Shown here: positions 18,632-28,810 of the stretch, piece by piece
Position numbering within the stretch: the stretch's first letter is position 1
How the letters are laid out: each line of letters opens with the position of its first letter
The notes under the pieces: model-generated
Told to the model about the DNA's origin: nothing
The model's database searches: none
Seen by the model: the letters and a program-made list of their open reading frames with translations, nothing else
Program-made: the position numbers and the translations under genes
From: an uncultured Candidatus Actinomarina sp.
Lineage (GTDB): Bacteria > Actinomycetota > Acidimicrobiia > Actinomarinales > Actinomarinaceae
Assembly (NCBI GenBank): GCA_902534495.1
Contig: CACAQC010000003.1
Span: forward strand, 6,952 to 70,951
DNA length: 64,000 nt
Direction: 5' to 3'

Positions 18632-20257
18632 TTAAATGGTATTCTGATAAATTTCTTTTTTCTTTTTTATGTCTTCTACTTCTTGTAGAAGTTGGAAATT
18701 CTTATCCTTTGATTCTTCAAATTCTTGGATTAGTTCATCGATTTTTAGGTTTGCAAAATGTAAATACAATCTTGAAACTGCTTCTAAGTGCTGCTCTTTT
18801 GTATAAGAGATATTAAGATAATCTTCTTTTTTTGAATTTTTATTTCTAATGTCATCAACTAATCTTTTAAATTCAGAATTTAACTCTATCAACTGGTCAA
18901 TTTCTTCATTTGGACTGAATTCATTAGAAATCATTTCTGCAATTATTAAATCTTTAAAAATAGATATAGAACTTATAGATTGTTCTGTTACATTTTCTTC
19001 TTCGACTGAAGTTTGAAATTTTAACTCCTTTTTAAGTATGTCTTTAGCCGTGTTTAGTTTTGAAGATAGTAAATCTAAGGAAACATCAACTTCAAGAGGA
19101 CTTAAGTTAGCTGTTATTTTCATAAAATAATTAAAAATATTTTTTTTATCTGATGTACTTTCAATAAATTTATCAATCAAAAACTCAATTATTTCATGAT
19201 TATCTTTAAGAATAATGCTAAAAATTTCTTCATTTTCTTCATACAGTTCTGAAATATCTTTATATTTTTCTGGTAAATTGAGGCAATGTATTTCTAGTTG
19301 ATTAGAAACTTGATTTTTAATTTCTAGAACTCTTTCAGTTGCCTTTAATCCTGCTTCATCATTATCGAAACAAAGCAAGATTTTATTCGTATAGCGTGAA
19401 ATAGCTTCTAGCTGCTGAATGGTAAGAGCAGTGCCTGATGGTGAGGCACTATTTGAATAACCTAATTGGTTTAATGATAAAACATCAAAGTAACCTTCTA
19501 CTAAAATTGCATACCCTTTTTTCTTAACAGAAGATATAAATTCTTTTGTGAAATACAAATTCCTATTTTTTTTATATAAAACTGAATCTGAAGAATTTAA
19601 ATATTTAGGACCAAAGTCTTCAAGAGCCCGTCCACCATAAGCAATAGTTTCAGATCTAAGATTAAGAATTGGAAACATTATTCTATTTCTAAATAGAAAA
19701 TTATCATTGCTAGAAATAAATCCTAATTTTTTTAAATCATAATTAGAGATTTTATTTTTGTCGCAAAAATTTTGAAAATCTTCAACATTTGAATCAATAA
19801 AAGAAACGCCATATCTTTTTAAATCCTGTTCATTGAATTTTCTAGAAGTAAGATACTCTTTTGCTTTTTTAGATTTCTCCGAGTCCATCATTTCTCTAAA
19901 GTATTCATCAATGAGATTGATTTTTTGCTGAAAATTTTTAAAATCGTTAGTCTGACTAGTTTCGGTATATGTAAGTTTAAATCCATACTTTTCAGCAACT
20001 AATTCAACTGCATCTTGAAACTCCAAATTATGAATTTCTTGTACATATTTATATATGTCACCACCCATTTTGCATCCAAAACAATGGAATAAATTTTCGA
20101 CATCTGTAAAGCTCATGCTTGCAGTTTTTTCACCATGAAAAGGGCATAATGCCATCCCTTTAGTTCCTCTAAGTTTTCCGGTTGTAGTGGATAGAACAAA
20201 GTCGCTAATTTTTGATCTTTTTTTTAAATCTTCGATTGATTGATTTGATATACCCAT
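18632..20257 (-). CDS. dnaG: DNA primase
   Basis: Zinc-ribbon CPFHGEKTASMSF...CFGC, and a TOPRIM region EGYFDV...DNDEAG. Confidence 0.93.
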   Translation of the reverse strand: MGISNQSIEDLKKRSKISDFVLSTTTGKLRGTKGMALCPFHGEKTASMSFTDVENLFHCFGCKMGGDIYKYVQEIHNLEFQDAVELVAEKYGFKLTYTETSQTNDFKNFQQKINLIDEYFREMMDSEKSKKAKEYLTSRKFNEQDLKRYGVSFIDSNVEDFQNFCDKNKISNYDLKKLGFISSNDNFLFRNRIMFPILNLRSETIAYGGRALEDFGPKYLNSSDSVLYKKNRNLYFTKEFISSVKKKGYAILVEGYFDVLSLNQLGYSNSASPSGTALTIQQLEAISRYTNKILLCFDNDEAGLKATERVLEIKNQVSNQLEIHCLNLPEKYKDISELYEENEEIFSIILKDNHEIIEFLIDKFIESTSDKKNIFNYFMKITANLSPLEVDVSLDLLSSKLNTAKDILKKELKFQTSVEEENVTEQSISSISIFKDLIIAEMISNEFSPNEEIDQLIELNSEFKRLVDDIRNKNSKKEDYLNISYTKEQHLEAVSRLYLHFANLKIDELIQEFEESKDKNFQLLQEVEDIKKKKEIYQNTI

Positions 20258-21549
20258 TATATTTTTAAAAAATAATCGAGAAGATCCTCTATTTTTATTC
20301 GTTCCTGTTCCATTGAATCTCTATTTCTTATCGTGACTGATAAATCTTCCAAAGAATCAAAATCTATAGTCACACAATAAGGAGTTCCAATTTCATCTTG
20401 TCTTCTGTACCTCTTGCCTATTGATTGAGTTACATCAACTTCTGTTCTGTAAAATTTCTGCAAATTTTGTTGTATATCGTTTGAAACTTTAATTAATTCT
20501 TCTTTTTTACTCAATGGTAAAATCCCAATTTGAACAGGCGCGATTTCAAAATTAAATCTAAATAGTGTCCTAGTAGTATCATTAATTACTTCTTCATCGT
20601 ACGTTGAACACAGTAAAGCAAAGAGTGTTCTTGTTAATCCCCCTGCAGGCTCAATTACAACTGGTGCTATTTTTTCATTTGTTTCTGAATCAAAATATGA
20701 TAAATCTTTTCCACTAGCGCTTTCGTGAGAACTTAAATCAAAACTACCTCGATTTGCAATGCCTTCAAGCTCACCCCATCCCCAAGGGTAATCAAATTCA
20801 ATGTCTACAGTCTTAGATGCATAATGGGCTAATTCGTTTTCTTCATGTTCTCTCAACCTAAGTTTCTTTTCTGGTATACCTATCCCTTTGTACCACTCAA
20901 GTCTCTTGTTTACCCAAAAATCAAACCATTCATTCTCATTTTCTTTTTTACAAAAATACTCAATTTCCATTTGTTCAAATTCTCTAGTTCTGAATATAAA
21001 CTGGCCAGGAGTAATTTCATTTCTGAATGATTTTCCAATATTTGCAATTCCAAATGGAAGTTTTGCTCTCATTGTTCTTTGAACATTCTCGAAATTTACA
21101 AATATACCTTGTGCTGTTTCTGGTCGTAAATAGACTGATGAGTTTTCATTTTGTACTGGGCCTATGTTGGTTTCAAACATAAGGTTAAATTGGCGCGGCT
21201 CTGTTAGATCTTCCTTTTTTAGATTTTCTGGTACTTGGTCAGCTCTAAATCTTTCACCTGTAGGTTTATGATCTACCATTGGATCTGTAAATTCTGCTAA
21301 ATGGCCAGATGCTTTCCATACGTCGGTACTTTGAATAATAGCTGTATCGATAGGAAATATTGATATTTTGCTATCTTGATTTATATCTTTCCACCAGATT
21401 TCAGAGATATTGTTTTTAAGCAAAGTACCCAATGGACCATAATCATATGAGCTCCTTAATCCACCATATATTGAGGAAGCATTAAAAACAAAACCCCTCG
21501 CATTTGCTATTTTTACAATTTTATCGAATAAATTATCAATTTTTTCCAT
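20257..21549 (-). CDS. glyQS: Glycine--tRNA ligase (single-chain dimeric GlyQS type)
   Basis: N-terminus RGFVFNASSIYGGLRSSYDYGPLG, FRNEITPGQFIFRTREFEQMEIE (class II motif 2), and GGLTR. Confidence 0.93.
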   Translation of the reverse strand: MEKIDNLFDKIVKIANARGFVFNASSIYGGLRSSYDYGPLGTLLKNNISEIWWKDINQDSKISIFPIDTAIIQSTDVWKASGHLAEFTDPMVDHKPTGERFRADQVPENLKKEDLTEPRQFNLMFETNIGPVQNENSSVYLRPETAQGIFVNFENVQRTMRAKLPFGIANIGKSFRNEITPGQFIFRTREFEQMEIEYFCKKENENEWFDFWVNKRLEWYKGIGIPEKKLRLREHEENELAHYASKTVDIEFDYPWGWGELEGIANRGSFDLSSHESASGKDLSYFDSETNEKIAPVVIEPAGGLTRTLFALLCSTYDEEVINDTTRTLFRFNFEIAPVQIGILPLSKKEELIKVSNDIQQNLQKFYRTEVDVTQSIGKRYRRQDEIGTPYCVTIDFDSLEDLSVTIRNRDSMEQERIKIEDLLDYFLKI

Positions 21550-22243
21550 AAGTTCTATTCCTTGAATTAAATTCTAGTAAGACATGATCTAATATGTCTG
21601 CATTTATATCAGGCCAAAGGTCTTCAATAAATAAGAGCTCTGTATAAGAAATTTGGTAAAGTAAAAAATTACTTATTCTGGTCTCTCCCGCTGTTCTTAA
21701 AAGAAGATCAGGAAATGGAATCTCTGGATATTGAAAGTACTCAATAAAGCTATCCTTTATATCATTTATAGTGAGTTCTTTATCTAGGTTTAAATTATGT
21801 AAATTTAATACTGCATTATGAATTTCATCATGTGACCCATAATTAAATGCAAAATTTAAATTTAATTTGGTATTTTTTTGAGTTAAGTTTTCCGTCTCAG
21901 TCATTAATTCTTTATTTTCCTCTGGTATTTTTTTATCAGTCAAGTCACCTAAAAATCTAAACCGTACACCCTTTTGATTGAATTCATCTCTTCTCCTCAG
22001 TAGAATATCTCGATTAAAAAACATCAAATATTCCACTTCATCATCAGAACGAAGCCAATTTTCAGTTGAAAAAGCATACACCGTAAGCCATTGAATATCA
22101 TTTTTGATTGCCCAATCTATTGTTTTTGATAAAGAGTGTTCACCAGCAGCATGTCCAGCAGTTCTGTCGAGTCCTCTTTCAAGTGCCCATCTACCATTAC
22201 CGTCCATAATGATTGCTAAATGGTCAAGATTATTACTATTCAT
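21536..22243 (-). CDS. uppS: Undecaprenyl (isoprenyl) diphosphate synthase
   Basis: HLAIIMDGNGRWA, the YAFSTENW motif, and RTAGETRISNFLLYQ. Confidence 0.93.
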   Translation of the reverse strand: MNSNNLDHLAIIMDGNGRWALERGLDRTAGHAAGEHSLSKTIDWAIKNDIQWLTVYAFSTENWLRSDDEVEYLMFFNRDILLRRRDEFNQKGVRFRFLGDLTDKKIPEENKELMTETENLTQKNTKLNLNFAFNYGSHDEIHNAVLNLHNLNLDKELTINDIKDSFIEYFQYPEIPFPDLLLRTAGETRISNFLLYQISYTELLFIEDLWPDINADILDHVLLEFNSRNRTYGKN

Positions 22244-22676
22244 TCCAAACCTTTTTTAAAATTGTATTTTCAATACTACTCAGCTTTTTTGCATCATCAT
22301 GGGAATATCCAATTAAATGCAACAATCCATGAACGAGTACTAGTTGATATTCTTCAATTAATGTTTTTGCGTATTTTTTTGAATGTTTTTTTATAAGTTT
22401 TCTATTCAAGAACAGATCTCCAAGAATTTCATTATTGTTTTTGTCTAATTCATTAATACTTGCCAAATCTTTATATAGTGGGATAGTCAACACATCCGTA
22501 GGATAATTTTTTTTAAAAAAACGTTTATTTAACTCCTTTGAGTAATGATCTGAAACCGAATGAATATGTAATAAAAAATTTTCTGAAATTAAAAACTTTT
22601 TTAAAAAAACTTTTCTTACATCTTCAAAGGCATTTTTTTCATTTTTATAAAAATAACCGTGAAATTGAAAATTCAA
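22236..22676 (-). CDS. ybeY: rRNA maturation endoribonuclease YbeY
   Basis: The HGLLHLIGYSHDD zinc-binding motif (H-x3-H-x5-H). Confidence 0.9.
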   Translation of the reverse strand: MNFQFHGYFYKNEKNAFEDVRKVFLKKFLISENFLLHIHSVSDHYSKELNKRFFKKNYPTDVLTIPLYKDLASINELDKNNNEILGDLFLNRKLIKKHSKKYAKTLIEEYQLVLVHGLLHLIGYSHDDAKKLSSIENTILKKVWNE

Positions 22677-22681
22677 TATCT

Positions 22682-24847
22682 TTATTCTTCTTCTGATATT
22701 TCCGGATATAATATCCTCTGATGGTATAGGCCCTCTAGGCTTTCTTGAAAAGAATTTTTAATTATATTTAACTCTTGAAATGTAATTGGTGCATTATTTA
22801 GTTGTCCATCTGCAATTTTCTCTTCAAATATTTCATTAATTACATTTGCTATTTTTTCCTCGTCAGCATCTTCATTCATAAAAATTGCCCTACAAGCTGC
22901 TTCCAAAGAATCAGCCATCATTAATATTGCAGACTCTTTGGTTGTAGGTTTGTTGCCTATATGCCTAAATTCGTCTTTTGAAACGTTTTGGTTAATAGTT
23001 TTTTCTTTTTCATAAAAGAATCTTATTACTGCATCTCCATGGTGTTCTAGAATCCCTCTATAAACAATTTCGGGTATTTTAAATCTCTTTGCTAACTTAA
23101 CGCCCTCTGTAACGTGAGCTTTTAATATATTTGCAGACTCCATAGGCAGGAGTCCATCGTGTGGATTTGAAAAACCAATTTGGTTTTCAACAAACATAGT
23201 GGGATTAGCAGTTTTTCCAAGATCATGATAATAGGCCATCGCTCTGGCTAGTTGACTGTTAGCACCAATTTTATTTGCTGCTCTATCGGCAAGAGTTCCC
23301 ACAACCAATGAATGGTTAAAAGTCCCAATAGCATTGTCCTCTAGATAACGTAATGCTGGGTGATTTCTATCAGCCAGTTCTGACAATTTAAAGCTTGAGG
23401 TTAATCTAAACATACTTTCTATATAGGAAGTTAGAGAAAAAGCTGCAAGGTTAGCAAATAATGCACTTAAAAAAGAAAAGATTAAAATTTGCGTTAAATT
23501 ACCATCATCTCTTAAAAAGAAGTAAACCCCAAAAGCAAGTAAAGGCTGGGTTAGAGAAATATAAATAATTCTTTCTCTTAGTAGAGACCTGTCTGTGTCT
23601 TCTGATAAAAATACCGCCGGGATAATTGTGCCTAATGCACCTAAAGCTACTAATCCAATGTTTCCACCACCTGCAAGCGCTAAAAGTGAGCTTGATAAAG
23701 ATAAAATTAAAGTAGCACGAAGATTCAGAAGTATAACTGAGATAACTCCAACGAAAGAAACTGGTAAGGCATACTGAATGAAATCTAGATCTGACAAGTT
23801 TGAAAAATATGAAACACCTCTAAGAAATATCGAAGATACAAGTATTAAAGTAAGCATTAGTAATAATTCATTATCATTTTTCCAAATTGAATCTCTTAAT
23901 CTCCATAAAAGAACATACAAAACAAGAAATACAGAGAAGATTATTGGAATGGCTGATGTTTGAACTGTTCTTGATTCACCAGAAAGGTAACCAAACTCAT
24001 CTAGAGCTTTATATAAAACCTCATCTATAATTTCACCCTCATTTACAATTATTTCATCTTTAAAAAACTGAACAGTAACTACTTCTACTGCATCAGAGAC
24101 TTTGTTTTTTTGTTCATTCCACAGTTCATCTTCAAGTTTTTGATTAGCTATTAGATTTTCTGCTATGATTTCACCCACCATAGACCTTACTCTTGCTTCA
24201 GGAACTAAAACGTACAATTCACTCGGTAAATTTAAATTAGGTGGAGTTTGAACGATTGTTTGCCTTATTTGATTCAGATTTTCATTATTAATACCATTTA
24301 TTAAAAGTATGTCGGCTTGACTTTTAGCTTCAAATTCTATTTGGGTTAAAAAATTTGACGAATTTAAATTATCAAAGTTTGAGATTTCAACTAACACTTC
24401 AACTGCAGAAGTGGATATTGTGGAGAATAATAATGAAGATTGCACTTTTTCAATTTGTTCAACTTTACTCAATTCTTTTGTTTCAACAATAGATTGAGGA
24501 TTCTCAGGATTAGTTTCATTGTCAGTAACTAATACTTCCTCTGTTCTTGCCTTAATAATTGTGAGAAACATTTCTGTAATACCATCGATTACTGAAACAT
24601 TTATTTTGGTATCAATTGAGTAAACAGGCGCGACACTATTTCTTGCATCCTCTTTCAATTTTTGAGTTTCTTGTTCATCTACAACAGATAGAAATCTAGG
24701 AGCTGAAAAAGATACTGGTGATACATCCCCCACTTCAATTTTTATTACTTGATTTTCAGGAAAGATTGAAAAAGAGATAAACCAAACAGCTGAAGAAAAC
24801 AAAATGATATAAAATATTTTCCTAAAGTGAGTTATATAGATGTTCAT
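22682..24847 (-). CDS. 7TM-HD membrane phosphohydrolase (PgpH/YqfF family, possible c-di-AMP phosphodiesterase)
   Basis: An N-terminal extracytoplasmic region, a 7-TM block, and a C-terminal HD domain (HSLVVG...YHDLGK...EHHG). It lies between phoH and ybeY. Confidence 0.8.
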   Translation of the reverse strand: MNIYITHFRKIFYIILFSSAVWFISFSIFPENQVIKIEVGDVSPVSFSAPRFLSVVDEQETQKLKEDARNSVAPVYSIDTKINVSVIDGITEMFLTIIKARTEEVLVTDNETNPENPQSIVETKELSKVEQIEKVQSSLLFSTISTSAVEVLVEISNFDNLNSSNFLTQIEFEAKSQADILLINGINNENLNQIRQTIVQTPPNLNLPSELYVLVPEARVRSMVGEIIAENLIANQKLEDELWNEQKNKVSDAVEVVTVQFFKDEIIVNEGEIIDEVLYKALDEFGYLSGESRTVQTSAIPIIFSVFLVLYVLLWRLRDSIWKNDNELLLMLTLILVSSIFLRGVSYFSNLSDLDFIQYALPVSFVGVISVILLNLRATLILSLSSSLLALAGGGNIGLVALGALGTIIPAVFLSEDTDRSLLRERIIYISLTQPLLAFGVYFFLRDDGNLTQILIFSFLSALFANLAAFSLTSYIESMFRLTSSFKLSELADRNHPALRYLEDNAIGTFNHSLVVGTLADRAANKIGANSQLARAMAYYHDLGKTANPTMFVENQIGFSNPHDGLLPMESANILKAHVTEGVKLAKRFKIPEIVYRGILEHHGDAVIRFFYEKEKTINQNVSKDEFRHIGNKPTTKESAILMMADSLEAACRAIFMNEDADEEKIANVINEIFEEKIADGQLNNAPITFQELNIIKNSFQESLEGLYHQRILYPEISEEE

Positions 24848-25779
24848 TATCGATCGGGAAATACTTCTAAAATTTTTGATACTATTTTATTTCTTACAAT
24901 ATCAGAATTTTTAAATTCTACTACTGATATTTCTTCGATATTAGATAAGGATTTTCTGGTTTTTTTCAAGCCAGAAAAGTCTTTATTATTGAGATCGATT
25001 TGGGTTTCATCACCAGTAATTATCATTTTTGAATCTTCACCTAATCTTGTTAAAAACATTTTTATTTGACTTACGGTTGCATTTTGTGCTTCATCTAAAA
25101 TTATGCATGCATTGTTTAATGTTCTTCCCCTCATATATGCCAAAGGAACAATTTCAATATTTCTCTTTTCAATTAAATATTGCAAAGTTTCATTACCAAA
25201 AAAATACTCTAATGAATCGAATAATGGTACTAAATAAGGATCAATTTTCTGAGATAAATCACCAGGAAGATATCCAAGTCTTTCACCAGCTTCTACTGCC
25301 GGTCTAGTAAGAACTATTTTTTTAATTTTTTCGTCGTTGTACATCTTAACCGCACTTGCAACTGCTAAAAAAGTTTTACCTGTACCAGCTGGACCGATTC
25401 CAAAAGTAATAGTTGAATTATCAATCGTTTCAATATATTTAAATTGTGTAACATTTTTGACCTTAATTGATTTTGAACCAATGATTGATATATTATTTGT
25501 TGAAGAAATATTACTTATTTCTTTTGATTCTATATCAGACATTAGTTTCAAATCTTCAATGTCAATAATTTCTCCACGATCAGCAATGGATAGCATTTCA
25601 TCTAAAATCTTCATAACATCTGTTGTTTGGGCATTGTCACCGGTTATATAAACTACGTTACCTTTGACATTAATTTTTATTTTTTTAAATTTATTTTTTA
25701 AATATTTCAAATTTTGATCATTTACACCAAAAATATTTACAAGCTCTTTGTCTATTGGGATAATTTTTTCAATACTCAT
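24847..25779 (-). CDS. phoH: PhoH family ATPase
   Basis: GPAGTGKTFLAVA Walker A, ILDEAQN Walker B, 310 aa. Confidence 0.9.
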   Translation of the reverse strand: MSIEKIIPIDKELVNIFGVNDQNLKYLKNKFKKIKINVKGNVVYITGDNAQTTDVMKILDEMLSIADRGEIIDIEDLKLMSDIESKEISNISSTNNISIIGSKSIKVKNVTQFKYIETIDNSTITFGIGPAGTGKTFLAVASAVKMYNDEKIKKIVLTRPAVEAGERLGYLPGDLSQKIDPYLVPLFDSLEYFFGNETLQYLIEKRNIEIVPLAYMRGRTLNNACIILDEAQNATVSQIKMFLTRLGEDSKMIITGDETQIDLNNKDFSGLKKTRKSLSNIEEISVVEFKNSDIVRNKIVSKILEVFPDR

Positions 25780-26120
25780 TAAATATTTTTTAGTTTTTCT
25801 CCACCTATTAAATGGAGATGTATATGGAATACTGTCTGCATGGCATCTGAATTAGTGTTAAAAAGTAATCTATATCCAGAGTCATCAATATTATATTTTT
25901 TAGCTAAATCTTTTGCTACTAATATCATTTTTCCTAGTAAGTTTTGATCCTCCATTGAAGTATCATTAATTGTCTCAATCTTTCTCTTAGGAATTATTAA
26001 TATGTGGACTTTTGCAACGGGATTTATATCATTAATAGCAAATATTTCCTCATCTTCATATATAAATTCCGAATCAAGTTCCCCTGATAATATCAATTCA
26101 AATACTGATTTTTCTTGCAT
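25779..26120 (-). CDS. HIT family nucleotide hydrolase/transferase
   Basis: Histidine triad HIHLHLIGG at the C-terminus. Confidence 0.9.
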   Translation of the reverse strand: MQEKSVFELILSGELDSEFIYEDEEIFAINDINPVAKVHILIIPKRKIETINDTSMEDQNLLGKMILVAKDLAKKYNIDDSGYRLLFNTNSDAMQTVFHIHLHLIGGEKLKNI

Positions 26121-26126
26121 ATATAA

Positions 26127-26762
26127 TTATATTGTTAATGATACAGCAGTTATTGCAGCAGTTTCAGATCTCAGACTAAATTCTGAAATATTTATTTTGT
26201 GTTGAAATTTCGACAGTTCATCATTTGTCCAGCCGCCTTCAGGACCAACTGCAAAATTATTTAATTTTTCACGATTTTTATTAAGCTTTTCTCCACTGAT
26301 GTCAAGACATGTGCTAAAAACAGAAAAATTTAAATTATCAGGAAAAAATAGACTTGGCAAGTAAGCTGAACCTGACTGTTCTAGTGCAGAAATTGCCCAA
26401 TCTAAGATTTTTGATTTATTGTAATTAGTATTTTGAGTATTTTCAGTCATGCCAATATGAACCTCATTGACATTTAACTCCGTCAGCTTTTCGATTAAAA
26501 ATCTAAATCTATTTTTCTCTCTTAAGTATGGAACAAAAATTCTTAAACTGTTCTGTCTTTCATACATTCTTGATTTATTTATTTTTACACAATTGTTTAC
26601 AAAATTTCCATAAAAGACGAGTCCTTTTCCATTCGATATTTTAATTTTATCTTCATCTCTAATTCTTAAAACATTTTTTAAATGATGCAGTTTATTACTA
26701 GAAACTTCAATACTTTTGTTTTCAGGTTTTATATTTTCAATATAAATAGTTGGGATAAACAT
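26127..26762 (-). CDS. rsmE: 16S rRNA (uracil1498-N3)-methyltransferase
   Basis: The FAVGPEGGWTNDEL motif of the RsmE/SPOUT family, and a conserved position next to lepA. Shorter than usual (211 aa). Confidence 0.75.
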   Translation of the reverse strand: MFIPTIYIENIKPENKSIEVSSNKLHHLKNVLRIRDEDKIKISNGKGLVFYGNFVNNCVKINKSRMYERQNSLRIFVPYLREKNRFRFLIEKLTELNVNEVHIGMTENTQNTNYNKSKILDWAISALEQSGSAYLPSLFFPDNLNFSVFSTCLDISGEKLNKNREKLNNFAVGPEGGWTNDELSKFQHKINISEFSLRSETAAITAVSLTI

Positions 26763-28540
26763 TATTGTTTCAGAAAATCTCTAAAAGCTTCTTTTGGAAC
26801 ATTTACTTTTCCAATTTGTCTCATTTTTTTCTTGCCTTCTTTTTGCTTTTCAAGAAGCTTCCTCTTTCTTGTAACATCTCCACCGTATAGTTTTGCTGTA
26901 ACATCTTTTCTTAAAGCTTTAATTGTTTCTCTGGCTATGATTCTAGAGCCAACAGCTGCCTGAATAGGAATATCGAATTGTTGACGTGGAATAAGCTCAG
27001 ATAGCTTTTTAACTCTATTTCTACCAACATATTCGGCATTTTCTTTTGCAAGAATAGAACTGAATGAGTCAATGATTTGTCCATTTACCAATATATCTAG
27101 CTTTACCAAATTTCCTTTTTGAAAATCTAAAATTTCATAATCTAACGATGCAAATCCTTGGGATATAGATTTTAAAGTATCATAAAATCCACTTACAAGT
27201 TCTAGCAACGGAAGCTTATACCTAACCTTAACCATTGATGTACTTAAATAATTTAAATCTTCTTGAGTGCCTCTTTTATCACTTAATAATTGCATTATTG
27301 AACCTAAGTACTCTTTTGGAAACAACAGGTTCACTTCACAGTATTTTTCCAAAATATGCTTAATATCGGTAAATTTTTCAATTTCACTTGGATTACGAAT
27401 AATAATCTCTACATCATTATTTCTAACAATTTTAAATTCAACAGAAGGAGGTGTAACAATTAAAGAAAGATCAAATTCTCTTTCAAGTCTCTCTATAACA
27501 ATTTCCAAATGTAACAAACCTAAAAATCCACATCTAAATCCAAATCCAAATGCCGATGATGTTTCAGGTTCATAATAAAAACTTGCATCATTAAGAACAT
27601 ACTTGTCTAATGAATCCCTAAGTTTTGTATAGTCATCTGAGTCAGATGGAAATACACTTGAAAAGACGGTTGGTTGGGGCTCCTTATAACCAGAAACAAT
27701 GATTGGATTTTCATCATCATCAGAAACCAATGTATCGCCGACCCTTATCTGAGATAGTTCTTTTGCTCCTGTAATAATATATCCCACTTCTCCTGTTTTT
27801 AAATTATTTGATGGTATGAAATCTAAATCAAAATATCCCATCTCTGACGGTTCAAATGTATAGTTTGAATTTATAAGTTTTAGTTTTTGATTGGACTCAA
27901 TATCATCACCAAAAACACGAACAGATGCAACTACGCCTCTATAAGAATCAAAAAAGGAATCGAAGATTAGAGCATTAACACCATCGATTTTCTTTTCAGG
28001 GGGACTGATTAAATTAGGAAGTTGAAGCAATAAATCTTCCACTCCTTCACCAGTTTTTGCAGAAATTTTAAATATCTCGTGTTCTCGTGAACCAATTAAA
28101 TTGAAAATCTGTTTTTTTGCATTTTCAATGTCTGCATCAATCGAGTCTATTTTATTTAAAACCGGAATGATTTCTAGGCCTGCTTCAATTGCAGCATAAG
28201 AGTGTGCAAATGTTTGTGCTTGAATACCCTGGGTTGCATCAACTAAAAGAATAGCGCCGTCACAAGCAATTAGTGCTCTGGAAACTTCATAAGAAAAATC
28301 TACATGACCTGGAGTGTCAATAAGATTTAAAGTTAAATCATCAAATTGTAATCTTATTGGTTGAGATTTTATTGTAATTCCTTTTTCTCTTTCTAAATCC
28401 ATACTGTCAAGTATTTGATCTACATGTTCGCCAGGCTTTATTAATCCAGACATCTCAATTAGGCGATCGGCTAAAGTAGATTTACCATGGTCTACATGTG
28501 CAATTATCGAAATATTTCTGAGATTTTTATTATGTAACAT
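26762..28540 (-). CDS. lepA: Elongation factor 4
   Basis: IRNISIIAHVDHGKSTL, DTPGHVDF, NKID, and the C-terminal LepA-specific region. Confidence 0.95.
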   Translation of the reverse strand: MLHNKNLRNISIIAHVDHGKSTLADRLIEMSGLIKPGEHVDQILDSMDLEREKGITIKSQPIRLQFDDLTLNLIDTPGHVDFSYEVSRALIACDGAILLVDATQGIQAQTFAHSYAAIEAGLEIIPVLNKIDSIDADIENAKKQIFNLIGSREHEIFKISAKTGEGVEDLLLQLPNLISPPEKKIDGVNALIFDSFFDSYRGVVASVRVFGDDIESNQKLKLINSNYTFEPSEMGYFDLDFIPSNNLKTGEVGYIITGAKELSQIRVGDTLVSDDDENPIIVSGYKEPQPTVFSSVFPSDSDDYTKLRDSLDKYVLNDASFYYEPETSSAFGFGFRCGFLGLLHLEIVIERLEREFDLSLIVTPPSVEFKIVRNNDVEIIIRNPSEIEKFTDIKHILEKYCEVNLLFPKEYLGSIMQLLSDKRGTQEDLNYLSTSMVKVRYKLPLLELVSGFYDTLKSISQGFASLDYEILDFQKGNLVKLDILVNGQIIDSFSSILAKENAEYVGRNRVKKLSELIPRQQFDIPIQAAVGSRIIARETIKALRKDVTAKLYGGDVTRKRKLLEKQKEGKKKMRQIGKVNVPKEAFRDFLKQ

Positions 28541-28579
28541 ATTTACTAAGTTAATATCTTATATACCGAAAGGTTTTAC

Positions 28580-28810
28580 ATGGCAAATATTAAATCACAA
28601 AAAAAGAGAATTCGCCAAGATGCGAAAAAAAATTTTCGTAATAAATCACTTAAAAGTCAACTAAAAACGACTTTAAAATTACTGGAGAGTGGTGATGATT
28701 CCGCTGAAGTAAGAACTCAGGCATTAAAGTCACTGGATGTTGCTTATTCTAAAGGAATAATTTCTAAAAATTTCAGAGATAGAAACAAGTCTAGAATTTC
28801 AAGCCTGTAA
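28580..28810 (+). CDS. rpsT: 30S ribosomal protein S20
   Basis: MANIKSQKKRIRQDAKKN start, highly basic, 76 aa, with GAAAGG upstream. Confidence 0.92.
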   Translation: MANIKSQKKRIRQDAKKNFRNKSLKSQLKTTLKLLESGDDSAEVRTQALKSLDVAYSKGIISKNFRDRNKSRISSL

